Positions 1-8,888 of a stretch of 64,000 nt of DNA are shown here, in pieces. The stretch's first letter is position 1, and every line of letters begins with the position of its first letter. A model generated the notes under the pieces. It was given only the letters and a program-made list of their open reading frames with translations, was not told the origin of the DNA and searched no databases. The DNA is taken from assembly GCA_965214705.1 (NCBI GenBank), contig OZ243972.1:576001-640000 (forward strand). Direction: 5' to 3'. This stretch comes from Alphaproteobacteria bacterium. GTDB lineage: Bacteria > Pseudomonadota > Alphaproteobacteria > UBA828. The position numbers were made by a program, and so were the translations under genes.

Positions 1-31
1 TGTCCGAGCCAGACGAAGAACGTCGCTCTCA

Positions 32-1753
32 TTAAAAGCCGCAGTCCTCTTTCGTTGTCGCGATCCATGCTCGCCCAACGCCCGACTTCGAAAAACAGCC
101 GTCGGTCCAGTTACCCTCGTACCGGTCGCCAGACGCAGTCGCGTATACACCGGAGCCGTGCGGCCTGCCGTTGCGGTATTCGCCTTCGTAGCGGTCACCG
201 TCGGGCCAAACGTAGGTCCCGTGTCCGTACTTCTTGCCATTGCGGAAACTGCCTTCGGACACATGCACTCCACTAGGCGTTCGCCAAACCGCGCGTCCTT
301 GACCGGATGCCTTTCCGTTGACGCAGGCGCCGGACCACGTGACGACCTCATCTCCGGTCACGCCGGAGGAGTCCCATAGCTGACACGGCTGGTTCTCGGC
401 GATAATCCAGTCGGGGCCGAACGGCTCGAGTGCCGCCTCCCCCGCTGCTAGCAGAGTCCTGGCGGCGTCGGTGTCAAGGTAGCCGGTTGCTACCATCCCT
501 CGTGTTGACACCTGCCATCGGCTGATCGCTTCCCTTGTGCGTTGGCCAAACAATCCATCAGACGGGCCGGGGTCGAATCCCAGAACGGTGAGACCCTGTT
601 GAATTAGTCGACGTTCTTCTCGATTCAGCCTCAGCCCAGCTTCAATGAAATCCGGCGTGGGAGCCAAGGGCTCCGGCGACACTTCCTGCTTAGGCTCTTC
701 GGGCGTGACCGCCACCTGGACCGAAGGCTCTTCGTCTTGTGAATTGGTAGTGAGTCGCGCAAGCCGGTTCCGCGCGAGGGCTTCGTACGTCCCGCCGGGG
801 AACTGCCTCAGATAGGCCTCGAAGTCGGCCGCATGTTCGCTGTCGTTGATCGATTCCCAGAACAGCAGTTCCTTCTCCGCCGAGATGCGCCGATCCACGA
901 CTTGGTCCGGGTCCGGCGCCTTTGGTTCCTGGCCGCCTTGCACCTTCACCGTCTCGGGTTCGGGCGTTGGCTCCGGCTCAGGCCTCGCGGTCAGATAAGC
1001 TCCCTCGCTTGAGAGCGAGCCGTAGACGAAGGGCTCCTGACGGCCGCCCGTCGTAGCCAGCACCGCATCACGCACCTTGCGGAACATCAAGCCCACCTCG
1101 AGGCCCGGCTCCTCCAGATGCTTCAGCAATGCCGAGGTGTAGGGGCTGTTGCGGCCCTCGCCGTCGGCCGCGACCGTGCCCTCCTTCGCCGCATAGGCCA
1201 CCAGCGTCTCGCCCGAGGGCTCGACCCTCCCCAGCCCCCGCCCGATCGAGCGCGTCGCGCCCGAGCGCTGCATCGCCACTGCGAAGGGATTGTCGCGGCA
1301 GGCATCAAGGATGATCAGGCGCAGGCCCTTCGCCCGCTCCACCGCCCGCGAGAGCAGATCGAGCGGCACCGCTTCGAACTCCACGTCGGCGTCGCTCTGC
1401 AGGCGCGCGTCGACGGGGATCAGGAAGTTGCGCTTGTCCACCTCGATGCCGTGGCCCGCGTAGAACACCACCGCCATCTCGGAGGCCGATGCCGCGAGAC
1501 TGAACTTCTGGAGTCCGTCCCACAGCTCCGCCCGGCTCGCGTTCGGGAGCTGCGTGACGGCGAAGCCGAGGCGCTCCAGGGAGGCGCCGATGTCGTTTGC
1601 GTCGTTGAGGGGGTTCGCCAGGCTCGGCGCGTGGGCATAGGACGCATTCCCGATCACCAGCGCCACGCGCTGACCGGCCAAGGCCGGGGCCGCGAGAAGG
1701 TGCAGGCCGAGCAGCGCTGCACCTGCCAACAACACGGCACTTCTGAGTGACAT
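32..1753 (-). CDS. Secreted caspase-like (peptidase C14) protein with peptidoglycan-binding domain and C-terminal MORN repeats
   Basis: Signal peptide; RVALVIGN; catalytic YAGHG and LDACR; (EP)n linker; PG-binding motif LGFDPGPSDGLFGQRTREAI; MORN-like YEGEYRNGRPHGSG repeats. Confidence 0.9.
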   Translation of the reverse strand: MSLRSAVLLAGAALLGLHLLAAPALAGQRVALVIGNASYAHAPSLANPLNDANDIGASLERLGFAVTQLPNASRAELWDGLQKFSLAASASEMAVVFYAGHGIEVDKRNFLIPVDARLQSDADVEFEAVPLDLLSRAVERAKGLRLIILDACRDNPFAVAMQRSGATRSIGRGLGRVEPSGETLVAYAAKEGTVAADGEGRNSPYTSALLKHLEEPGLEVGLMFRKVRDAVLATTGGRQEPFVYGSLSSEGAYLTARPEPEPTPEPETVKVQGGQEPKAPDPDQVVDRRISAEKELLFWESINDSEHAADFEAYLRQFPGGTYEALARNRLARLTTNSQDEEPSVQVAVTPEEPKQEVSPEPLAPTPDFIEAGLRLNREERRLIQQGLTVLGFDPGPSDGLFGQRTREAISRWQVSTRGMVATGYLDTDAARTLLAAGEAALEPFGPDWIIAENQPCQLWDSSGVTGDEVVTWSGACVNGKASGQGRAVWRTPSGVHVSEGSFRNGKKYGHGTYVWPDGDRYEGEYRNGRPHGSGVYATASGDRYEGNWTDGCFSKSGVGRAWIATTKEDCGF

Positions 1754-2090
1754 CTCCCGCCTCCCCTCTTATTGCGGAGGCTTCACGGCCTTGCCTGTCC
1801 GGCGTCGCCTCCGGATTTGGGCGTCAGGGAGTCAGTGCGCCCTGCCCGTGACGCGTTGGCGGTCACAACTGCCGCCGCTCTCACCAATTTTATACATATT
1901 ATAATTGACTATATACGAATTTCAGATTTGACTAGTCGACGTGGCGTCGACGTCTTGGGGCGCCTTGCCGAACAAATGTAACGGCGAAGGGGCGGCGTCG
2001 AACGCACGTTAGCCACCGGGCTACTGCTTGCGCTGCTGCACAAGGCGCCCGGCCGGCGGGCGCAGCCACAGGCCGGGAGGCAAGGTGGCG

Positions 2091-3656
2091 ATGTCGAGAA
2101 TGGCAGCACCGGGACTGGTCCTGGCCCTCTCGGCGGCGCTCGCCGTGTCGAGTCTGTCGCGGAGTGCGCCGGCTGAGGAGGCGTACGACCCGGAAGACAC
2201 CGTCTACGCGACCGGTGCGGTCTTCGAGACCGAAGACGAGCTTGCGGACGTGCCGCGCACGCCGCTCTTTCGCGCGTACCTTCCGCCGTCCGTCGATCTC
2301 AGTGGACGCTTCCCGCCGGCGGGCGATCAGGGCGAGCAAGGCTCATGCGTAGGCTGGGCGGTCGGCTACGCGGCGCGCTCCTACTATAACAGCCCTGCAG
2401 GGGGAGGGGGACGCCTCTCCGCACACGAGATCCCGAGCCCAGCCTACATCTACGATGCGATCAGGGATCCTGGAGACACATGCGACGACGGATCGCGCAT
2501 CACCGCTGCCCTTGAGCTTCTGAAGACGGGCGCCCTAGCCTTCGCCGAATACCCCTACGACGAGAACCGTTGCCGGCGGCCGAGCGGCGGGATGCGTGCG
2601 CGCGCCTCGAAATTCAGGATCGCGGACTGGCAGGTGGTCGACACCGATCGCCTCGATCAGGTGAAGGGCGAGCTCGCCGGTAGGCATCCGGTGGTGATTG
2701 GCATGCGGCCCAACCGTGATTTTCATCGCTTGAGAGGCCGCAAGGTCTGGCGAGCGGGCTGGCCGAAAGCAGACGACGAAGGGGGCCATGCGGTTACCGT
2801 CGTCGGCTACTCGGAGCGGGGCCAGTACTTCACGGTCATGAACTCGTGGGGGCGACGGTGGGGCGAGCGCGGCTTCGGCCGCATCTCCTATGACACGTTT
2901 GGGAAGCGGGTGAAGTACGGCTTCTCGATGCGGCTTACCGAGCCCGAGCCGGTGCCCGAACCGCCTCGTCCCGAGCCGCCCGAACCGAAGCCCGAGCCTC
3001 CGATACCCGTTGTCCCCGAGCTGGTCCTTCCGGAGATCGGATGCGGACGCATCGCCATCGAGAAACGCGGCGAGGAGCAGGTCGTCGTGGGCTTCGTCGG
3101 CACCGCTGAGGATCTGGCGAAAATCCGGAAGGCGGCTACGGAGGCGAAGGCGCGTGCGGAAGTTGCCCTTCGCCCCTGGCCTCAGTGCGAGGCCCTCATG
3201 ACCATCGAGAAGCCCCTGGCGCAACCGAGCACGCCGTCCATCTCGCTGCCCAAGTCGTCGTACCGGGACGACGAGACGCTCGCGTTCGAGGTGGCGATGG
3301 CGGACTTCCAGGGCTACCTGCACGTGGCCTACATCCAGGCGGACGGTAACGTGGTCAATCTGGTGGACTCCGATGCCTCGACGCTCTCCACGCTACCGCC
3401 GCAGAAGCAGCTCACGTTCGGCGACGGACTGGAGGGGCGGGCCAAGTTCACCGTCTCCGCCCCCTTCGGCAACGAGATGATCGTGGCCCTGGCCTCGAAG
3501 AGCCCGCTCTTCGCAGACGGCCGCCCGCTGGTGGAGACCGAGCGCGAGTTCCTGACGGCGCTGCGCAAGGCCATCATCGCCCGGCCCGATCCCACGCAGC
3601 CGGAGCGGGTCGTGAGCGCGAGCTTCGTGACCCTGGAGACGACGTCGGGAGACTAG
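2091..3656 (+). CDS. Secreted papain-family (C1) cysteine peptidase with C-terminal DUF4384-like domain
   Basis: DQGEQGSCVGWA (catalytic Cys), GGHAVTVVGY (His), NSWG..WGERGF (Asn); Pro-rich linker; C-terminal YLHVAYIQADG..V..PFGNEMIVALAS typical of DUF4384; start chosen at ATG 2091. Confidence 0.85.
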   Translation: MSRMAAPGLVLALSAALAVSSLSRSAPAEEAYDPEDTVYATGAVFETEDELADVPRTPLFRAYLPPSVDLSGRFPPAGDQGEQGSCVGWAVGYAARSYYNSPAGGGGRLSAHEIPSPAYIYDAIRDPGDTCDDGSRITAALELLKTGALAFAEYPYDENRCRRPSGGMRARASKFRIADWQVVDTDRLDQVKGELAGRHPVVIGMRPNRDFHRLRGRKVWRAGWPKADDEGGHAVTVVGYSERGQYFTVMNSWGRRWGERGFGRISYDTFGKRVKYGFSMRLTEPEPVPEPPRPEPPEPKPEPPIPVVPELVLPEIGCGRIAIEKRGEEQVVVGFVGTAEDLAKIRKAATEAKARAEVALRPWPQCEALMTIEKPLAQPSTPSISLPKSSYRDDETLAFEVAMADFQGYLHVAYIQADGNVVNLVDSDASTLSTLPPQKQLTFGDGLEGRAKFTVSAPFGNEMIVALASKSPLFADGRPLVETEREFLTALRKAIIARPDPTQPERVVSASFVTLETTSGD

Positions 3657-3660
3657 CGCC

Positions 3661-4218
3661 ATGAAGACATCCGGCATTGCCCTCGTTCTGGCGGCGGCAA
3701 TCGCCGCGCCCGCAATCCTCGTGACCGGCGCTGCTGCGCAGACGACGCTGACGGAGCAGGACATCATCGACGCACTGCAGAAGCACGGCGATGAGTCCGA
3801 CAAGTTTACCAATGTGCGCAGCCTTTCCGGCGACCGAGGCGTGACCGTCACCGGCGGCGAAAAGACCGTTCCCTCGATCGACCTGAAGGTGAATTTCGCG
3901 TTCGATTCCGCTCAACTAAACAACGAATCCCTGCTGACGCTCGACGTGCTGGGCCGGGCGCTCTCCAGCGAGGAGCTCAAGGGGCAGGCCATCGAGATCG
4001 TCGGCCATACGGATGCGAAGGGCACGCTGGAGTACAACGACGCACTGTCGCAACGCCGGGCCGCCGCCGTCGTGACCTACATCGTCCGGAACTTCACGCT
4101 GGACCCCGCCCTCCTCTCGTCGAAGGGCATGGGCGAACGCCAGCTTATGAACAAGGACAACCCGGAAGCCGCGATCAACAGACGGGTCGAGATTCGGAAC
4201 GTGACCCAGACGCCGTAG
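3661..4218 (+). CDS. OmpA-family (OmpA C-like) periplasmic protein
   Basis: Signal peptide; VNFAFDSA, IVGHTDAKG, YNDALSQRRA, NRRVEI motifs. Confidence 0.9.
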   Translation: MKTSGIALVLAAAIAAPAILVTGAAAQTTLTEQDIIDALQKHGDESDKFTNVRSLSGDRGVTVTGGEKTVPSIDLKVNFAFDSAQLNNESLLTLDVLGRALSSEELKGQAIEIVGHTDAKGTLEYNDALSQRRAAAVVTYIVRNFTLDPALLSSKGMGERQLMNKDNPEAAINRRVEIRNVTQTP

Positions 4219-4415
4219 ATTTGGTCCCAGATCCTTTGTTGCAAGGGGGCGCTGTCCTCCTCTGTCCGTTCCTGCCGCCGGCTCACGTATGCGCTTTACT
4301 CGACGCGCACCCTCCGGCACGACGCCCGAGATCCCAAGGCCGCCTGTATCTCGCACACAGCCGCGTTGATGCGTTCCCCGTTTGTGGTACGTTGGGACGC
4401 AAGAGGAGAGAGCCC

Positions 4416-4673
4416 ATGGCCAAGACAGAAATGATCCGCGCCCGCGTCGAACCCGCGCTCAAGCACGAGGCGGAAGCAGTGTTCTCCCGGCTCGGGCTCT
4501 CGGCGACCGAGGCGATCACGTTGTTCTACAAGCAGGTGACGCTGCAACACGGCCTGCCCTTCGCCGTGAAGCTCCCCAACGCGGAGACCCGCGAGGCGCT
4601 GACGCAGGCCCATGAGAACGAAAACCTGACCGAATACGACGATGTGGAGGACCTGAAGGCAGCGCACAGGTGA
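4416..4673 (+). CDS. dinJ: RelB/DinJ family antitoxin
   Basis: MAKTEMIRARVEPALKHEAEAVFSRLGLSATEAITLFYKQV...GLPF..PNAET; GAGGAG RBS before ATG 4416; directly upstream of a YafQ-like toxin. Confidence 0.9.
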   Translation: MAKTEMIRARVEPALKHEAEAVFSRLGLSATEAITLFYKQVTLQHGLPFAVKLPNAETREALTQAHENENLTEYDDVEDLKAAHR

Positions 4674-4676
4674 GCG

Positions 4677-5211
4677 ATGCGGCTGCTGACGACGAGGCGC
4701 TTCGAACGAGACCTCAGGCGATCGAAGAAGCGGGGCAAGAACCTCGACAAGCTGTGGACCGTCGTCGACCTGCTCTTGCAGGAACAGCCGCTCGATCCTC
4801 GTCACCGGGTCCATCGCCTGTCGGGCGGGTGGTCCGGCTCCTGGGACTGCCACATCGAGGCCGACTGGCTGCAAGCCCGCATTTCTCACCACGGTCACGG
4901 CCTGCGTCACGTCCAGGCGTTCGATCCGCAAGGAGCGGACCGAAAAGCGTAGCGGTGCCTACGGTTGAGGTCCGCGACGACGCGGGCGGGCGCTTGGGCG
5001 CGACCCGAAGGGCGGCGCTCTCCGGCTCGCAGGCCGCGTCAAGACGCTGGCCCGATGTCCCCGCATCGCGCTGCGCGCCTTTCCTCACCTGCGGGCCGGA
5101 CAGCGCCGCGCAGACCATGACCGTGGTAAGAATTGCGGGCTAATCTGGCACCGCCGTGACGATGCGCTGGTGCTGGTGAGAACCGGCACCCATTCCGACC
5201 TGTTCGGCTGA
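4677..5211 (+). pseudogene. yafQ: YafQ-family toxin interrupted by a MITE
   Basis: The N-terminal part ends ...H.LSG.W...DCHIEADWL at about 4873. The missing C-terminus IWHRRDDALVLVRTGTHSDLFG* is at 5143-5211. Removing 4874-5141 restores the frame. Confidence 0.9.
4874..5141. mobile_element. Non-autonomous MITE (268 bp)
   Basis: Imperfect 33-bp terminal inverted repeats: AGCCCGCATTTCTCACCACGGTCACGGCCTGCG versus the reverse complement of the right end AGCCCGCAATTCTTACCACGGTCATGGTCTGCG; no transposase; splits yafQ. Confidence 0.85.
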
Positions 5212-5441
5212 CCGGCCCCGTCCGCGCGCGATACGTTCCGGGCGCCGGCGGTGCGCCCCGCCCCACCCCGCAAACCTCCCGAATTCCCGGCGCCGGGCCG
5301 GCGAACTCCCCGGAATACCCGCCTCAGCACGGGGTCGGCGGCTTCCGTCCCGGTCCGTGCCGCCGCATCCTGCCCTGTGTTCGGGCGGGGCGAGTCGCGC
5401 CCCGACACGGCGCAAGCACCGTTCATGAAGGAGCCCTCGCA

Positions 5442-6326
5442 ATGCCGGCTGACGATCTGACCCTCGCGCTCCGCATCCGCGCCGACGCACAGCAGGCGGT
5501 GGACGCGCTGCGCGACGTGAACGCGCGCCTCGACGCCACCCAGGGGAGCGGCCGCCGCGCCGGGCGCTCACTCGGCGAGCTGAGGCAGGCCGCGCGCAGT
5601 GCCGGCGACGCGCACGAGGAACTGGGCGCACGCACCGAGGCCGTCTACGCCGCCATGGTCGAGAGCGCACGCGAGGCGGCGCAGGAGCAGGCGAAGGCCG
5701 GCGAGAGCTGGACCGAGAGCATGCGTGCAGGCCTGGAGCGGCTGCGCCGGGATGCCGGGGAGAGCGCCCACGAGACGCGCGCTGCAACCGTCGGCGCCTT
5801 CCGCGCCATGGAAGACGCCATCGCCGCGTTCGCGACCACGGGCAGGCTCTCGTTCGCCGGCTTCGTCGATTCCGTCATCGCCGATCTGGCCCGGCTCGCG
5901 GTGCGCCGCACGATTACCGCGCCGCTCGCCGATATCCTCACCGGTGCTCTGTCCGGCGTCACGGCCGATGGCGCGGGCGGCAGGCGCACGCTTCCACCGG
6001 CGCTCTTCGACGGCGCGCCGCGCTACCACTCTGGCGGTGTTGCCGGCCTCCGGCCGGACGGCGGCATCGCCGGGCTGCCGCCGGAGGAGGTGCCGGTAAT
6101 CCTGCAGCGCGGCGAAGGGGTCTTCACGCCGGCGCAGATGCGCGCGCTGGGCACGCCCAACGTCACGGTGCAGATCGAGAACCGGGGCACGCCGCAGCGC
6201 GTGGTGAGCCGCGCGGTGCGCTTCGATCCGCGCGACCTGGTGGTCACCATCGTGACCGAGGATCTGATGCGCGGCGGGCCGATCCGCCAGACCCTCGCCC
6301 GGGAGGTGCTGGGCGGGGTCGGATGA
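5442..6326 (+). CDS. Short phage tail tape-measure-like protein (lambda-type C-terminal region)
   Basis: N-terminal LALRIRADA; AF.AMEDAIA.F..TG.LSF..F..S.IADLARL; YHSGG..G...EVPVILQRGEGVFTPAQM; AAGGAG RBS. Confidence 0.75.
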   Translation: MPADDLTLALRIRADAQQAVDALRDVNARLDATQGSGRRAGRSLGELRQAARSAGDAHEELGARTEAVYAAMVESAREAAQEQAKAGESWTESMRAGLERLRRDAGESAHETRAATVGAFRAMEDAIAAFATTGRLSFAGFVDSVIADLARLAVRRTITAPLADILTGALSGVTADGAGGRRTLPPALFDGAPRYHSGGVAGLRPDGGIAGLPPEEVPVILQRGEGVFTPAQMRALGTPNVTVQIENRGTPQRVVSRAVRFDPRDLVVTIVTEDLMRGGPIRQTLAREVLGGVG

Positions 6327-6388
6327 CGGGCGGTCGTGCGCGCCCGCACGGGTGCCAGACCGGGCTCGTTACAACCGAGGAGTCGACG

Positions 6389-6958
6389 ATGCAGATGAAT
6401 GTGGGGCTTCACCGGCTCGCCGAGAGGCTTGAGAGCACGCGCGGCTTCTCCGACGAGAAGCAGGCGCTGCGCGACGAATGGGCCGCCGAGACCGAGGGCG
6501 CGGTGCTGCCGGCGCTGGATGCGCTCACCGGCTCGCTCGCGACGCTCGCGCGCGAGCTGGACGCGGCCGAGGCGGCCGCAGGCGCGCTCGAACGCCTCGC
6601 GGCGGCGGTGGACGCGCTGGGCGATGCGCCGGAGAGCGCGGGCTACGTCGCGCCCTACAACGCCGCGCTTCAAGCCCTGGAGCGGCGGCTCGCCGACGAC
6701 GGGCCGGTGGTCGACGCCGTCAACGCCGTGATCGGGCGGGTCGAGCCCGCCGGGGCGGAGGCGGAGGCCGAGATCGAACGGCGCTATCGCGAGGCGGCGG
6801 AGCAAGCGGCCGCGCGCAAGGAGGCCGAAGAGCGCCGGGAAGCGGAGGAACGGAAGCGTAATGCCCTGGCCGAGGCTGATGCCGCGCTGGCGGTGCTGGC
6901 CGGGTCGATCCCCGAGGTCGAGGCCGCGCGTGCGGCGGAACTCGCGCAGGCCGCATAA
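6389..6958 (+). CDS. Hypothetical Ala/Glu-rich coiled-coil protein
   Basis: GAGGAG RBS before ATG 6389; co-oriented in operon; helical composition. Confidence 0.65.
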   Translation: MQMNVGLHRLAERLESTRGFSDEKQALRDEWAAETEGAVLPALDALTGSLATLARELDAAEAAAGALERLAAAVDALGDAPESAGYVAPYNAALQALERRLADDGPVVDAVNAVIGRVEPAGAEAEAEIERRYREAAEQAAARKEAEERREAEERKRNALAEADAALAVLAGSIPEVEAARAAELAQAA

Positions 6959-6961
6959 GCG

Positions 6962-7546
6962 ATGACGGAGACCGTCTGCCTGGTCATGCCCGCCGCAGAG
7001 CTGGCCGCGCCTGCGCCGCCGCGCGCGGGCAACCCTTCAGGCGCGCGGGACGCAGCGGCATCGCTCGCCGCGGCGGAAGCCCGCCTCCGTGAGGTCGAAG
7101 TCCGCGCCCGTGCGCGGGTGGATACGCGGGCAGCCGCGTCCAACGAGGCGATCGTGGCGCACGCGCGCGCGTTGATGGCGGAGGCCGGCGGCGCGTTGAC
7201 CGCGATCGAGGCCGTGGACCGGGCGCGGGCGGAGTCGGCAACTCTGGGATCGAGCGACAGAGTCAGGCGCGGGCAAGAGGCGATGGAGCGCCGCCACGCG
7301 CAGTGGGATCGCGTCGCCGAGGTGATCGAAGACACCGCCGATGCGTTGGAGCGCCGACTCATGAGCCACGCCCGCGAGCTGATCGCGGATGCGCGGCGCG
7401 TGATCGCCAGCGACCCGTTCGAGGCCCGAGAGCTCGCGATTCGCGCACGGGAGGCGATGGAAGCAATCAGCCCGTTGCACGGCAAGACGCCGGACCACGG
7501 GCCGGCCCGGCGCATCCTGGAGGGCGCGGGTCGCCGGCCGGCCTGA
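6962..7546 (+). CDS. Hypothetical helical protein
   Basis: Starts 3 nt after the previous stop; GC-rich third codon positions. Confidence 0.6.
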   Translation: MTETVCLVMPAAELAAPAPPRAGNPSGARDAAASLAAAEARLREVEVRARARVDTRAAASNEAIVAHARALMAEAGGALTAIEAVDRARAESATLGSSDRVRRGQEAMERRHAQWDRVAEVIEDTADALERRLMSHARELIADARRVIASDPFEARELAIRAREAMEAISPLHGKTPDHGPARRILEGAGRRPA

Positions 7547-7561
7547 CGCCCGCGAGCTGCG

Positions 7562-8011
7562 GTGCGATCGGGTGACGTGACCGCCCCGGACCTGGAGCGC
7601 GTCCTGTACGACGTGTCGGCGCTCGCGCGCCGTGCAAGCGATCATGCGTTGCGCTCGCCGGACTTCCCGGCCCACGAGGCCGCGGCCGTCCTGGAGGCGT
7701 TGACCGGCGCGCGTCTCGACCGGCGGCGGGCCGGCGAGCTCGGGCCGGAGCGCGCCGGCGCCGTGCACTTCGCCAAGGCCGTCGTCGTGCTGGCCTCCAT
7801 GTTGGGGGCGCGGCACGGGCTCAGCATCGGCATGGCGGGCATCCTGGACGATCTGCGGGCGCCGGAGGGGGCGTGCGCCGGCAACGGCTACGATCCGGCG
7901 CGCCGGCTCTGCCTGCGCTGTCGGCAGCCGTTCGAGAGCGACTGGCGCGGGCACCGCATATGCGACGCCTGCGCCCGGACGATGGGAGTCGAGCCCCATG
8001 CGCCGCTCTGA
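7562..8011 (+). CDS. Hypothetical protein with C-terminal Zn ribbon
   Basis: CLRCRQPFESDWRGHRICDAC (CxxC...CxxC); start uncertain. Confidence 0.6.
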   Translation: MRSGDVTAPDLERVLYDVSALARRASDHALRSPDFPAHEAAAVLEALTGARLDRRRAGELGPERAGAVHFAKAVVVLASMLGARHGLSIGMAGILDDLRAPEGACAGNGYDPARRLCLRCRQPFESDWRGHRICDACARTMGVEPHAPL

Positions 8012-8480
8012 TGCAGCGCCGGTAAGCCCGGTGCAAGGACCTTGCACGGCGGGTGACGGCGGCTGGCAGGAGGCGGTTGCGACGCTCTCCCGCGCGGCCG
8101 GGCGCTACGGCGCTCTGTTGGCGGCGGCGGGCGGGGACCGGGCGGAGGCGGCGTCTCGGCTGTGGCTGCGGAGCCGCGACGATGCGGCGCTCCGCGATGA
8201 CCTCGCCAGGGCCGCCTGTGCGCTTCTGGCGTTGGCGCCGGGCGGAGGCGAGACCACGAGGCCGGCCTCGAAGCCAGCGGGGCGGCGCCGGCCGGGGCGC
8301 CTGTCGCGCTTCGATCTGGACCCGGAGGTCGCGGCCTTCGTGCGCGAGCGGCTGGGGACGATGCCGGTCGTCAGGATCGCAGACGCGGCCCTGGCGCGGT
8401 TCGGTCCGGATCGCGCGCCGCGCAAGACCGCGATCTGCCGCTACTGGCACCGGCTCGAAGAGGGGCGCCGCGAGACGTAA
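7998..8480 (+). CDS. Hypothetical protein with possible C-terminal HTH-like DNA-binding domain
   Basis: Overlaps the upstream ORF; C-terminal DPEVAAFVRERL...IADAALARFG..RAP.KTAI.RYW. Confidence 0.55.
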   Translation: MRRSDAAPVSPVQGPCTAGDGGWQEAVATLSRAAGRYGALLAAAGGDRAEAASRLWLRSRDDAALRDDLARAACALLALAPGGGETTRPASKPAGRRRPGRLSRFDLDPEVAAFVRERLGTMPVVRIADAALARFGPDRAPRKTAICRYWHRLEEGRRET

Positions 8481-8624
8481 GTTGGCGGTTCGCTCATGCA
8501 CTGGACGCATGGCCAAGGGCAGCCCAGGCCGAAGTGCAGGGTTCTCATGGCGCGCCGGTTTGTGTTGCGCGGGGTGCGCTGAGGATGGCGGCGGCACTCG
8601 CAATCGGTGTGAGGCAGCCGGCCC

Positions 8625-8696
8625 ATCCCATGGTATCTCACTCGATCCCACCCCATCCCTTCCGGCATAGTCCAGAAACTTCCAGCATCTTCCAGC
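8625..8696. repeat. Two adjacent arrays of four 6-bp repeats at exact 10-bp period
   Basis: ATCCCA 8625, ATCTCA 8635, ATCCCA 8645, ATCCCT 8655; then TCCGGC 8661, TCCAGA 8671, TCCAGC 8681, TCCAGC 8691. Confidence 0.75.
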
Positions 8697-8888
8697 CAAA
8701 CTGGACCTGCCAGTGACAAACTAAAGAGTCCATTCCATCGGTGGGACGGTTGTTATCAAGCGTGGGAAATTGCCCCCATGGTCTGTGCCCATAATCACGC
8801 CCCGTCGTTGGGAAGACGGGGTGGGGGATCACCGGAACCTGCTGCAATCAGGGTCCTATGGACGCCGCAGGAGAGGCGGATCGCGTCG

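Noticed and set aside
2935-3010. Pro/Glu-coding repeats (also about 950-985 and 18165-18215)
   Set aside because: Ordinary in-frame protein linkers, not phase-variable SSRs.
4221-4415. N-terminal extension of the antitoxin ORF
   Set aside because: The RBS and family similarity place the start at 4416.
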